Virus record (IMG/VR): IMGVR_UViG_3300021138_000014
Location: 1 to 64,000 of that record
Length of the DNA: 64,000 bases
Source of the DNA: a virus
Strand: one strand, 5' to 3'
Position 1 is the stretch's first letter. Every line of letters starts with the position of its first letter. A program made the translations under genes and the position numbers. The notes beneath the pieces were generated by a model. It saw nothing but the letters and a program-made list of their open reading frames with translations, had not been told where the DNA came from and searched no databases. Of the stretch, positions 15,517 through 24,100 are shown piece by piece.

Positions 15517-15807
15517 TTAATCCTCTGTAGTTACGGGGGCTTTTCTCTCTTGCAAAGCATGCCTTACTGCCTCGGCGGTGCGCTCGCTATCCGTCTTGCG
15601 ACTTTCAGATAACTTGGAAACAATGAGGTTTGATAGGTCATCTTCAGCCAGAAAATCTGTCATTTCTTTGGTACCAGTACGAATGTCAGTACGGGAGGCT
15701 AAACGATCGACAGTAAATACTTTGTCTAGTTCAACAACGGCACGCCAAGTACCATCCCATTCTTTAACCATAATAAAAGCGGTCTGAGCATCCGCACGAT
15801 CTGTCAT
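15517..15807 (-). CDS. hypothetical protein
   Basis: ATGA overlap in operon. Confidence 0.7.
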   Translation of the reverse strand: MTDRADAQTAFIMVKEWDGTWRAVVELDKVFTVDRLASRTDIRTGTKEMTDFLAEDDLSNLIVSKLSESRKTDSERTAEAVRHALQERKAPVTTED

Positions 15808-16358
15808 GTGTAAAGTTTTTTCGCTTGGTTTGATTTCATCATGTTAAAGCTCTTTACTGGGCAGAAATCGCACAAATAAAATGAAGGTAGTTCTGAGGTT
15901 GATAATCCAGCCTCTCGACGTTCTTCTTTCATCACTTCAATCTTGATTAACTTTGGACCTGACTTATAGTCTGGGCAAGCGCCTTCTGGACGTAAGTGTG
16001 TTTGGAAACACTTCATAGCATCGGCAGAGTAGTTATCTTTAGCGGCGTAAACTTCTGGACCAAGACCCTCTGATTGTGTGAACAATTCTGCGGACATCCT
16101 CCTCTTACCACTGTCGCTGTTCCATACGGCAAAGTCAACGTCTACAAGCAAACCCATGTGAGGTTGCGGACGTTGGTGTGCTTCAAGTGCGCGCTTAAGG
16201 AAAAGGTTTTGTTCTTGATGATTGATTGGCCAACGTTCATCAACTGGGATCTCTTCAAATGAACGGCAAGTTTTACATGCCAAAATAAGGACCTTATGTT
16301 CGTCCTTTTTAGTTGCTAATTGGGACAGGTCAAACGCTTTATAGGGATCGATAGCCAT
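15804..16358 (-). CDS. Cys-rich hypothetical protein
   Basis: CKTC, C..H..P...C, LCDFCP. Confidence 0.75.
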   Translation of the reverse strand: MAIDPYKAFDLSQLATKKDEHKVLILACKTCRSFEEIPVDERWPINHQEQNLFLKRALEAHQRPQPHMGLLVDVDFAVWNSDSGKRRMSAELFTQSEGLGPEVYAAKDNYSADAMKCFQTHLRPEGACPDYKSGPKLIKIEVMKEERREAGLSTSELPSFYLCDFCPVKSFNMMKSNQAKKLYT

Positions 16359-16391
16359 GCCCAGATCCTACCCTATGTGAGGTAGGTCACA
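16356..16391 (-). promoter_or_regulatory. leaderless promoter (TAGGAT-N6-ATG) overlapped by a perfect CRP-type box
   Basis: TGTGA-GGTAGG-TCACA at 16376-16391; -10 at 16365-16370. Confidence 0.65.
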
Positions 16392-16400
16392 AAATCGGGA

Positions 16401-16589
16401 TTAGTCCCCTGCGGCGTTAGTGGTATTAATTCCTGAATCTTTTTTATCGGCTAAAGCCTGCTTGTAAGACTCGGACAAAGGCTGTGAAGCTTCCCAACTG
16501 CCGGGACCGTTCCATGTAGGAACCTTATCCCAATTCATTTTAGGCTGACGTTTTGGATTGGTTGAGCGATCTGGATTTCCTGATGCCAT
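16401..16589 (-). CDS. small hypothetical protein
   Basis: GGAGG RBS, TAATG coupling. Confidence 0.65.
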   Translation of the reverse strand: MASGNPDRSTNPKRQPKMNWDKVPTWNGPGSWEASQPLSESYKQALADKKDSGINTTNAAGD

Positions 16590-17062
16590 TATGCGCGTCC
16601 TCCTGGTTTGCTTGAATCAATTTTAATAACTTGGACAGGCTTGTAATTAGGATTACCTTTTAAGGCTTCCTCACGAGAAGTCTTTATCCACTCGTTATCT
16701 GCAGGGTTACCTTTGCCAAACTCACCGCTTTTTAATCCTTCAGTTCGCTTAGTTGAAGCGTTATTAAATGCTTCTTTATAAGTTTTACCTTTACCAATAG
16801 CGACATGAGTACCGTGTCCTGCAACACCTCGGTTATCAATTTTATTATTTTTATCTGGAACTTTTGCAACGGCTGTAAATCCGTTACCTCTATGAACATA
16901 CGTGTTGCTGATGTCCGCTATTCCTGATGAGTCTTTGCCGCCAGTTTGCATAGTTGTACCCATAACAGTCGTTTGGCGCACTTTGTTAACGTGGCTGATT
17001 GGCTCGCTAATACCTAAAGAAGGTACGCGCTTTGGGTCTTTTTCTCTGCGGCGAACCCCCAT
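16589..17062 (-). CDS. basic hypothetical protein
   Basis: ORF in coupled series. Confidence 0.7.
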   Translation of the reverse strand: MGVRRREKDPKRVPSLGISEPISHVNKVRQTTVMGTTMQTGGKDSSGIADISNTYVHRGNGFTAVAKVPDKNNKIDNRGVAGHGTHVAIGKGKTYKEAFNNASTKRTEGLKSGEFGKGNPADNEWIKTSREEALKGNPNYKPVQVIKIDSSKPGGRA

Positions 17063-17063
17063 G

Positions 17064-17273
17064 TTAGTTACCTGCTGGGTTAACTTGATCAGCCTCTTCA
17101 GAATTGATAAAGCCGTAGTTCATGTATGGATGTAGTCCAGCGCGATTCTTCTTAACTAACTGATCTCCCATGCCGGGAGCAACCTCTGTGTTAGGGCGTG
17201 AACGACGGTACTTGCCGTCTGTTGCACCCTTTTCGAGTGACTCTACGTTTGAGCGAACTTTACGAACTGTCAT
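17064..17273 (-). CDS. small basic hypothetical protein
   Basis: ATGA overlap; GATDGKYRRSRP. Confidence 0.7.
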   Translation of the reverse strand: MTVRKVRSNVESLEKGATDGKYRRSRPNTEVAPGMGDQLVKKNRAGLHPYMNYGFINSEEADQVNPAGN

Positions 17274-17509
17274 TTGTTTACCACCTTGACGTTGTTGGAA
17301 TCTGAAGATATACCCGTTTCACCCTCAACGCTCTTAGCGGCATGGTGAAATACTTCTTTGCGTGACATATTAGGGAGGTAACCTTTAATCTCAGACGCTA
17401 CCTTTACAGTTTGCTCACGCTCCTGAACATTGCTGTCGGATGCTTTGTACTTTGACTTAGCCTTTGAAGCTTTAAGCGCACGCTTGTTTGCGCGATCTTC
17501 TTTAGCCAT
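17270..17509 (-). CDS. small basic hypothetical protein
   Basis: TAATG coupling. Confidence 0.65.
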   Translation of the reverse strand: MAKEDRANKRALKASKAKSKYKASDSNVQEREQTVKVASEIKGYLPNMSRKEVFHHAAKSVEGETGISSDSNNVKVVNK

Positions 17510-17742
17510 TATGCCATCCCACCCTTCACAATGTTGGTCTGCTTGCGACGGGTACAGTTGGGGCAGTAACCGTTAGAAAACAGAGCCTCAGCGGGGTTCA
17601 TGGTGAGTCCACAATCGACGCAAGGCTTAGACCCATTGTAATACGTTTTCTTCAACTTTTGTTGTGTTTCTAGCGATACATCTGTGGCGCCGGACATGCC
17701 GTCTCCTGTTGCATCTGTTAATAATCCTGGGTCATATGCCAT
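17509..17742 (-). CDS. zinc-finger hypothetical protein
   Basis: CVDC...CPNC; TAATG coupling. Confidence 0.7.
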   Translation of the reverse strand: MAYDPGLLTDATGDGMSGATDVSLETQQKLKKTYYNGSKPCVDCGLTMNPAEALFSNGYCPNCTRRKQTNIVKGGMA

Positions 17743-18101
17743 TAGATTGTGGTTCCTAACGTGTTTCGGCTCGATGATTCCTGTGTATTAGGAGTCTGTG
17801 AGTAGTCGGCTTCGTTGCGCTGGGCTGGGCGACCCTTCATTTCAACGATATCTTTAATTCCATATTGTTCTTTTACGTACCCAAATCGTGAAGGGAATAG
17901 GTTCTTTACCTGAGGCATAGGTGGGCGAACGTGTTGTTGGATCTCAGCACCTGTCATAGTATGAACAGCCAGTGATTGACTGAGCAAGCGCTCTTGATTA
18001 CTTTGGAAGGGTCCAATGTATGCCTGTGGTGGATAAGCGGCTTGTGGAGCTGCTTGCCAAGGCTTACGTGAGTAAACGCCGTCTGCAAATTTACCGGGCA
18101 T
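17742..18101 (-). CDS. Pro/Gln-rich hypothetical protein
   Basis: Probable start MPGKFADG, coupled (TAATG) to upstream micro-ORF. Confidence 0.7.
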   Translation of the reverse strand: MPGKFADGVYSRKPWQAAPQAAYPPQAYIGPFQSNQERLLSQSLAVHTMTGAEIQQHVRPPMPQVKNLFPSRFGYVKEQYGIKDIVEMKGRPAQRNEADYSQTPNTQESSSRNTLGTTI

Positions 18102-18223
18102 TACTGGCAATCCTCTGTCGGGTGATCCCCCGCCCCACAACGCTCACAAGAATGTGGGCTTAATGGAATAGGGTATTTAGATACCGTTTTTACAGGAGCA
18201 AATTGATCTTTATTTTTATCCAT
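18101..18223 (-). CDS. 40-aa CCHC zinc-knuckle protein
   Basis: Read manually: MDKNKDQF...CERCGAGDHPTEDCQ (C-x2-C-x4-H-x4-C); fills the gap exactly. Confidence 0.65.
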   Translation of the reverse strand: MDKNKDQFAPVKTVSKYPIPLSPHSCERCGAGDHPTEDCQ

Positions 18224-18224
18224 A

Positions 18225-18764
18225 TTACTGCCATCCTGGTTTCATGCGTTGCATCTGACTGACGCGACGACCGTTGATCAACATTGGTGAATCGCTTCGT
18301 ACGTTTGGACCAGCCTTACCATCATTAGGAAGGTGAGGTGCTGGTGCAAACTTTGACTTATCTGCGTTGCGTCGAGTAACAATAGTGCTACCCACTTGAA
18401 CGCCTTTCATCTGACGCTTGATACCGCGGTCGGCTTCAAACCCTGAAGGATAGTAGTAATCACTTGGATCAATGCGCTCGCCGCGGTGAACACCACGTTG
18501 GTAGGAACGCTGTCCTACACGTGACTTCATGCTGTCTAATACTTTTTCCGATGTACCGTTTGGACGACCGCGATCATCACGACGTGTACGAATGGTTCCT
18601 AAATAACCATCCGGATATTCTGCGCTAGGTTCCCGACCAACGCCCATGCGTAGGAAATCGAGCTCGGAACGTGCGGTAGGTTGACCACCTGCGCCATAAG
18701 CGGCGTAGGTTCCATACATACCATTCGCACCGAGCGACTGGACGTTTTGATGTGGACCTGGCAT
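18225..18764 (-). CDS. Arg/Gly-rich hypothetical protein
   Basis: PSAEYPDGYLGTI, YQRGVHRGERI; leaderless promoter upstream. Confidence 0.8.
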   Translation of the reverse strand: MPGPHQNVQSLGANGMYGTYAAYGAGGQPTARSELDFLRMGVGREPSAEYPDGYLGTIRTRRDDRGRPNGTSEKVLDSMKSRVGQRSYQRGVHRGERIDPSDYYYPSGFEADRGIKRQMKGVQVGSTIVTRRNADKSKFAPAPHLPNDGKAGPNVRSDSPMLINGRRVSQMQRMKPGWQ

Positions 18765-18776
18765 ACCTACATTGTA
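18762..18776 (-). promoter_or_regulatory. leaderless promoter (-10 TACAAT-N6-ATG)
   Basis: TACAAT GTAGGT ATG. Confidence 0.6.
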
Positions 18777-18778
18777 GG

Positions 18779-19954
18779 CTAGCGAGTACCTGCTAGCACA
18801 GTTAACTCTCTACGAGGGTCAAAACCTTGACCAATTAACATAGAAACAATACCTGGATCGCTTTCTAAGCCCGCTTTGTCGCGCCACCAACTAGAACCGT
18901 TGTCCATTGCTGGGTTTTGTACAAATAAACGACGACCTACATTTTGAGTGTGGTAATGGTGTAGGTGACCAACGTTAAGGATATCTGCGTTAGCGACTGA
19001 ACAACGACCCATTACTTGACCGTTCCACCACTTAATCATGTTAGGCGCCTGATGTCCGTGAGCCATTCCGTACAAAACACCGCTTAATTCAACAGCCAAG
19101 GTGCTGTCATCTGCTGCTGGGTAGCGAAACTCAACACGATCTTTGAGAAAATCATTAAGCAGTACTGCGTCCTCTGCTTGACGAACGATGTCAATCTGCC
19201 ATGAATCTTCAGGACGACTTACTAGAAAACGTTGAACCTCGTCATGGTTACCGGGAACAACTGGAATAATTAACTTAGAGGTAAGCGGAGCCAACTCTTT
19301 GATCCACGTAAGTAGCATACGGCGACCGACCTGTACTTGCTCTGAAACGCCAATATCATGGCGACCCATTACCTTTCCCTTTTGGCTGGTCATTCCTTCA
19401 ATGCAATCGCCAAGTTGAGGTAACGCAATCTGTGCAATGTCATACCGCTTTGACATGCGTTCATAATGAGCAATAACTTCTTCAAGTGCGCGATGCATAC
19501 GATCTACAATTGCTGGGGTATCGTCTTTACCATATTGAGTATCACCTACACTGTAAACAGCGGTTAGGTTTCCTGCAGTCTCTTTAACCTTGCCCGGCTT
19601 CCACTTTTCCATGGACTTCTTAAGGGAATCTAAATCATAATCACGTGTTGCGTTCCCAGCTGCGGGCTGTAAGTTAACACGAAGGGACTCTAACCATTCA
19701 CCGTCAAACTTTTGCCAACGACCTCGACGAATGGATAGGACTTCCCACTCATCTGCGTTTAATCCCGCCTCTTCAATTGCTTCGCGAGCGCCCGGTAAGT
19801 TACCGTCCTTGCGTGGGGTTGTGATAACAAAACCGCCGTCGGTGCCAACCTCTGATCGGGGGCGCCATGTATCTGGAATATCTTTTGTAACATCATCTGA
19901 TCCACGATTTGTTTTAATAAAAGAATTAAAATCGTCTTTTATGGACATGAACAT
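18779..19954 (-). CDS. calcineurin-like metallophosphoesterase/nuclease
   Basis: GDTQ, LGDCIEG, PGNHD, HGH, GHLHH. Confidence 0.85.
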   Translation of the reverse strand: MFMSIKDDFNSFIKTNRGSDDVTKDIPDTWRPRSEVGTDGGFVITTPRKDGNLPGAREAIEEAGLNADEWEVLSIRRGRWQKFDGEWLESLRVNLQPAAGNATRDYDLDSLKKSMEKWKPGKVKETAGNLTAVYSVGDTQYGKDDTPAIVDRMHRALEEVIAHYERMSKRYDIAQIALPQLGDCIEGMTSQKGKVMGRHDIGVSEQVQVGRRMLLTWIKELAPLTSKLIIPVVPGNHDEVQRFLVSRPEDSWQIDIVRQAEDAVLLNDFLKDRVEFRYPAADDSTLAVELSGVLYGMAHGHQAPNMIKWWNGQVMGRCSVANADILNVGHLHHYHTQNVGRRLFVQNPAMDNGSSWWRDKAGLESDPGIVSMLIGQGFDPRRELTVLAGTR

Positions 19955-20184
19955 CTTCCTAATCTGTGCATTCGGAATGTAGTTAACCCGAACTCGACGT
20001 CAGGATAACTTTGATCTATGAATTCGTACAGCCTTAACGTGGAAACTTTTTCATCCGCAAGTAATTCTAAAAACTCTTGTACAAACTTGTCGTCCTTGGA
20101 CTTAAGCCACCATCCTACAAAACAGGTGCCCCGTTTGTTATAAGGTTTGTCTTCTGGAATTACCATGGTGTTATTCAACCACAT
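19939..20184 (-). CDS. hypothetical protein
   Basis: ORF overlapping phosphoesterase start; C..H...RCSC. Confidence 0.55.
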   Translation of the reverse strand: MWLNNTMVIPEDKPYNKRGTCFVGWWLKSKDDKFVQEFLELLADEKVSTLRLYEFIDQSYPDVEFGLTTFRMHRLGRCSCP

Positions 20185-20197
20185 ATGACCAAATAGT

Positions 20198-20238
20198 GCA
20201 AAAAGGAAAACCTCCCAGCGCGTGCTTGGGAGGCTTCC
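20198..20238 (-). terminator. intrinsic terminator
   Basis: GGAAGCCTCCCAAGCACGCGCTGGGAGGTTTTCC followed by TTTTT on minus strand. Confidence 0.7.
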
Positions 20239-20251
20239 GTTTTGGTAAAAG

Positions 20252-20557
20252 TTAGCGAGATAGGTCGCTTACGCCAGCCTTGAAGTTAGGGCGGGTACGA
20301 TTAACAGATGCAGGGACGATCTTACCGTTGCTCTGTGTGGCGCCAGCTTCTGGGGCTATTTGCTTTTGGAACTTGACCTTAACGCCGTAGGAGGCGCCAG
20401 CCTTTTCAGTAACGTTTGAACGATGCTCGGTTGAGCCTGTAGCTCCACCTGAAGCGGTGTTCTTCTTCTTTACTAATGTTCCTTTTTCAACGCCTGCAAC
20501 CTTTGGGTGTGCGGCGTTCTTTCCCATTGTAGGGAACTTGCTCTTTGGTTCTGACAT
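20252..20557 (-). CDS. basic, low-complexity hypothetical protein
   Basis: Probable start MSEPKSK after AAAGGA. Confidence 0.7.
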   Translation of the reverse strand: MSEPKSKFPTMGKNAAHPKVAGVEKGTLVKKKNTASGGATGSTEHRSNVTEKAGASYGVKVKFQKQIAPEAGATQSNGKIVPASVNRTRPNFKAGVSDLSR

Positions 20558-20608
20558 ATTTAAATCCTTTGGCCGAAGGTGAATTACAGGATACTGTGTA
20601 ATCAAGCG

Positions 20609-20884
20609 TTACAGTGCCTTAACATCAAAAACGATGGCAGAAATCTGACCATCATGGCTTTCAATGTTAGTAAACCCAGTAACAAAAACAAGGTCGATAC
20701 CTCGTGGAGCGGTATAACCGCGGGCAATAGTGATGGCTTTTACAGCCTGATTTACAGCTCCAGCACCCACCGCACGCAATTTTGCTGAGCGTGTTTCGTA
20801 CATGCTGTGGGCAATTGCGGATGCTACGGATTGTGGGTTGGATCCAGCGCCGACGCGCAGGATTCCTTCTTCTTTTTCTGACAT
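20609..20884 (-). CDS. spoVS: SpoVS-family protein
   Basis: LRV...SNPQSVASAIA...AVGAGAVNQAVKAITIARG...GIDL...F...I. Confidence 0.9.
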   Translation of the reverse strand: MSEKEEGILRVGAGSNPQSVASAIAHSMYETRSAKLRAVGAGAVNQAVKAITIARGYTAPRGIDLVFVTGFTNIESHDGQISAIVFDVKAL

Positions 20885-20927
20885 ATTTTAGACCTCGGGT
20901 TACGTGTGTTGGGATCTCCCTACGTAA

Positions 20928-20956
20928 AGTATGCGGGTCTAAAAGTTGGGTGTAAG
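20928..20956 (-). promoter_or_regulatory. sigma70/SigA-like promoter
   Basis: CTTACA-N17-CATACT upstream of spoVS. Confidence 0.5.
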
Positions 20957-20957
20957 G

Positions 20958-21173
20958 CTAAACTAGCCGATCTAATGGGGTAGGAGCAATGGCAAAAGTG
21001 CCACAAATAGCGCACTCCATCTCCAATAAGTATTGGGCGATTTCGTAGTCTGCAAAGGACACCTTTAAATTCCACAAGTTTGATTCGCAGTGTGGGCACT
21101 CTTGGCAGACCTGATCCGCGTAATCTAAAGTACCTGTGTAATCAGGTTTCAGTTCTCGTATTGATCTCGGCAT
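20958..21173 (-). CDS. zinc-ribbon hypothetical protein
   Basis: CPHC...CAIC..APTP. Confidence 0.75.
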   Translation of the reverse strand: MPRSIRELKPDYTGTLDYADQVCQECPHCESNLWNLKVSFADYEIAQYLLEMECAICGTFAIAPTPLDRLV

Positions 21174-21397
21174 TTTTCCATAAAATCTGATAGAACGTGA
21201 CCACCAATTTCAAAATACGTTTGAGTATTCATCATAAGATCCATTGGGTGCAACAGTTGTTGCTTATCTTTACCCCAGTTATGCCCAAGGTATTCTTTTA
21301 ATCCAGGGGTAAACGTGTCAACAAATTCCTCCGCTGTCATGTACCCAAGATTGCGGTTATCCCGTTTTGTAAACTTATCCTTGGCCACCCCAACCAC
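21149..21397 (-). CDS. hypothetical protein
   Basis: ORF filling gap in operon. Confidence 0.6.
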   Translation of the reverse strand: MVGVAKDKFTKRDNRNLGYMTAEEFVDTFTPGLKEYLGHNWGKDKQQLLHPMDLMMNTQTYFEIGGHVLSDFMEKCRDQYEN

Positions 21398-21545
21398 CCC
21401 CTTTAAAATGTGCTGGGTTGGCTTGAAATACCTTAATCATCTGGTTACCGCAATGCTCGCATTCAACACGGTGATTTTCTTCAAAAGTAAAGTACCGTTC
21501 GATTTGAGTGTCGCATGCTACACAGGCAAAGTCATAACTAGGCAT
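21375..21545 (-). CDS. FmdB-family zinc-ribbon protein
   Basis: MPSYDFACVAC...CEHCG..M.KVF....HFKGGGW. Confidence 0.8.
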   Translation of the reverse strand: MPSYDFACVACDTQIERYFTFEENHRVECEHCGNQMIKVFQANPAHFKGGGWGGQG

Positions 21546-22128
21546 AAACGTCAATCTCTCTATATTCAGGGGACTGAAGTTTATCGTAAACTTCCTTTTC
21601 GTACTCAAGGCTTGCGTTTCCAGATATCAACTGAGCAAGCGCAAAGGAGTCAGCTGCGTTGTCGTCTTTAAATTCCACGCCCCACTTCTTGTATACCTGC
21701 AAGAGCATCTGATTCTTTTGAACGTTTCCCTTGCCTGTGGCGTACTTCTTAAGCATGCTTGGGCTAACTATGTATGGGTAGCACGCATTTTCTGCCATAT
21801 ATGCACGCGCTTTAACTAATGACAACTTAACAGTGCCACCCAATTCTCCTAACATATTAGCCATCTGCGAACCGTAAGCGTACCCTTCGATCGCAGTGGC
21901 TTGAATAACATGACCCGTTGAGCGCTTGACCATGATGTTTTCAATAATATAATTTTGAATGTTTAATAACCGGGTAACCCCCATAGAATCAAACTTAGCA
22001 ACGCTAGTTTGGTAGGAACCATCTTCCCCTAGGAAAGTCATACCAAAGCCTGTGTAAGATTGATCTATACCAAGGTATACGTTAGTTGAAGTAAGTTCTC
22101 CTCCAACTAATTTAACACGTGCGGTCAT
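21538..22128 (-). CDS. RuvC-like Holliday junction resolvase
   Basis: LGIDQSYTGFG, IEGYAYG, LKKYATGKGN, DNAADSFAL. Confidence 0.85.
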   Translation of the reverse strand: MTARVKLVGGELTSTNVYLGIDQSYTGFGMTFLGEDGSYQTSVAKFDSMGVTRLLNIQNYIIENIMVKRSTGHVIQATAIEGYAYGSQMANMLGELGGTVKLSLVKARAYMAENACYPYIVSPSMLKKYATGKGNVQKNQMLLQVYKKWGVEFKDDNAADSFALAQLISGNASLEYEKEVYDKLQSPEYREIDVYA

Positions 22129-22628
22129 GCAAATAACCGATTGTTTCCACGAGTAGTAGCGCTTTGTCCACCAATTCTTCGACTTAACTCTCGGCTAATC
22201 AAGGCGGTATCCTTTTCTACATTGTTGGTCATTACTTCAATGATCTTGCGGTAGGCATACTTCTCACTAAACTCCGCTTGCAACCTCATTACTTTAGGAT
22301 CTGTTTTAATGCGTGCTTTAATAAGGGCTACAGTTTCTTTTTTACCCGCAGAACTTGAGTCAATGTAACTTAGGCTTTCTTCAAACTCAAGGCTGTTTTC
22401 CGCGTTGCGCTCATCAATAAAAGCGCAAGCAAGTTGGGCGCTAAGGAAGTTGCTGTAAGCGGTTAACTTTGCAAATAAATGCATTAAACCATTGTCATCT
22501 AATTCTGTTACATCCTCAGGTATCTCTGGAATGTCTAACTCTTTAGAGGTTTGAAATAAAAATCCTTGCAAACTTACTGATTGAATTAATGGTTGGCTTG
22601 CGCCTTGTTTAATCTGAAGTTCGCTCAT
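22125..22628 (-). CDS. helical hypothetical protein (possible UvsY-like recombination mediator)
   Basis: Long helices, DP.V motif, ISRELSRR end; recombination-gene context. Confidence 0.5.
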   Translation of the reverse strand: MSELQIKQGASQPLIQSVSLQGFLFQTSKELDIPEIPEDVTELDDNGLMHLFAKLTAYSNFLSAQLACAFIDERNAENSLEFEESLSYIDSSSAGKKETVALIKARIKTDPKVMRLQAEFSEKYAYRKIIEVMTNNVEKDTALISRELSRRIGGQSATTRGNNRLFA

Positions 22629-23478
22629 TTACCTGCTCCTCTGTATAGGATCTGCACTTCGTGCAACCTGCGGTACCGTTAATATTACACAGAGGGGGCG
22701 TGTTTTGCGAAATCGCGTCAAGGATTGACTGGGCTTGAGCAAACTTATCAAGCACTGAAAAATCATTTTTCTTAACAACAAATTCTTTAAGAGCATGGCT
22801 ACCCTTTGCCTCGTAAAGCAGTAGGGCTTCCTGTGGTGCATTTTTCATACCCATAAGTTCCATAAGTTTCATATAAATCTGAGCTTGGTTGATGTGATCA
22901 GAAAATGGGTGCTCTAAAGAATCAAAGGCTTTATCAAAATTATTGTTATGTTCGATCAAACGACCCCGATCATACCAACCTAGGGTTCCTACCCCCACTG
23001 ATTTGATCTCTAGTAGTAGGGGATCACCGAAGCCAAGCAATAGCCCATCTGCACTTCCGCTAATGCGGAGTGGTTCATGGCTTAATGGGATTTCATTGTA
23101 ATGAAGGTGTCGTGGATCTACCTTATGGTCACTGGGTAAACCTGTGAAAGTCTCCCGGCAATCGTCGCAATAGTATTTGCCGTACAACTTGTTCATATCT
23201 TTAAACCAGTTTTGCCAGCGATCATGAATCATGTGTCCAGTAGCAAACACAATTTCTCGTTGTAGGCTAGTTACTTCCGGGGCTTTAGGAGCACCTTGTA
23301 ATAAAAAGTATTGTTCTCTATGGCACCACTTGTTGCTTGCCATTGCTGAGGGGTGAATGACGTCTTGACGACGTGAGGTATCTTTTTCTTTAGCAATAAG
23401 CCATCGTTCAACTGGGCCAATTACTCTGGTGCTTTTGTCAACATTTAAAAACGCTTTCAGTGCACCAGTTGGCTTCAT
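22609..23478 (-). CDS. Cas4-like PD-(D/E)XK exonuclease
   Basis: HPS..C, G..IH, GSADG, LEIKS, QAQIY, C-terminal C..C..C. Confidence 0.8.
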   Translation of the reverse strand: MKPTGALKAFLNVDKSTRVIGPVERWLIAKEKDTSRRQDVIHPSAMASNKWCHREQYFLLQGAPKAPEVTSLQREIVFATGHMIHDRWQNWFKDMNKLYGKYYCDDCRETFTGLPSDHKVDPRHLHYNEIPLSHEPLRISGSADGLLLGFGDPLLLEIKSVGVGTLGWYDRGRLIEHNNNFDKAFDSLEHPFSDHINQAQIYMKLMELMGMKNAPQEALLLYEAKGSHALKEFVVKKNDFSVLDKFAQAQSILDAISQNTPPLCNINGTAGCTKCRSYTEEQVNERTSD

Positions 23479-23789
23479 CTTTTCCTAACCCACTCTTCCA
23501 ATGTCTTATCGTTCTTCTTGGCTTTACGCTTAAGAGCATTGCGTTCACGATGGCTGAGTCCTCCCCAGATACCGTGTTGCTCGTTGTTGCCTTCGGCGTA
23601 CAACATGCACTCAATTCGTACGGGACATTCTGCCTTACCGTCTTTGCCAAAGCAAATCGCTTTAGCCTTGTCGGCAATCAGTTTGTATTTGGCTTTATCG
23701 CGTGGGGGAAACCAAAGTTCTGTGTCCATAGATCGACACTTGGCTTTGTGGCGCCAACCTTCTATTCCTTCGTCTTCGTACAAGAACAC
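23475..23789 (-). CDS. whiB: WhiB-family transcription factor
   Basis: W...AKC....LWFP, AKAIC, CPVRIEC, GIWGG.S.RER. Confidence 0.9.
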   Translation of the reverse strand: MFLYEDEGIEGWRHKAKCRSMDTELWFPPRDKAKYKLIADKAKAICFGKDGKAECPVRIECMLYAEGNNEQHGIWGGLSHRERNALKRKAKKNDKTLEEWVRKR

Positions 23790-24100
23790 TCCTGGAGTCT
23801 GTGGCGCAGCTCCAGAAAGTCATCCTCCGTTAACATTATGTAATTCTCACCGTTAAGGTGGAAACCGAGGACAGGCATACGATTGTCAAGAATCGCTTCA
23901 GTAACAATCTTCTCTAGAACCGCAGCCTTTACGGATACGGATTGCTTGCCAGTCCACTTGTGTTCTACAAGTAAATCGCTACTTCTGACGTCGCCTTTAC
24001 GGCTCCAAAAAGCACCGCTAGCCGCGTTACGCTGACCACCGATAGCTTTTGCAAGCCTATCCTCATGCTTCCTTGACTCTTGCTGTCCTTTACTCCTCAT
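23762..24100 (-). CDS. PD-(D/E)XK nuclease/Holliday junction resolvase-like
   Basis: HE.RLAK, ASGA, KGDV, LVEHK. Confidence 0.75.
   Translation of the reverse strand: MRSKGQQESRKHEDRLAKAIGGQRNAASGAFWSRKGDVRSSDLLVEHKWTGKQSVSVKAAVLEKIVTEAILDNRMPVLGFHLNGENYIMLTEDDFLELRHRLQECSCTKTKE

Noticed and set aside
22609-23478. Cas4 as evidence of a CRISPR-Cas system
   Set aside because: Stand-alone Cas4-like nuclease in a RecA/RuvC recombination cluster, common in phages; no cas1/cas2 or array
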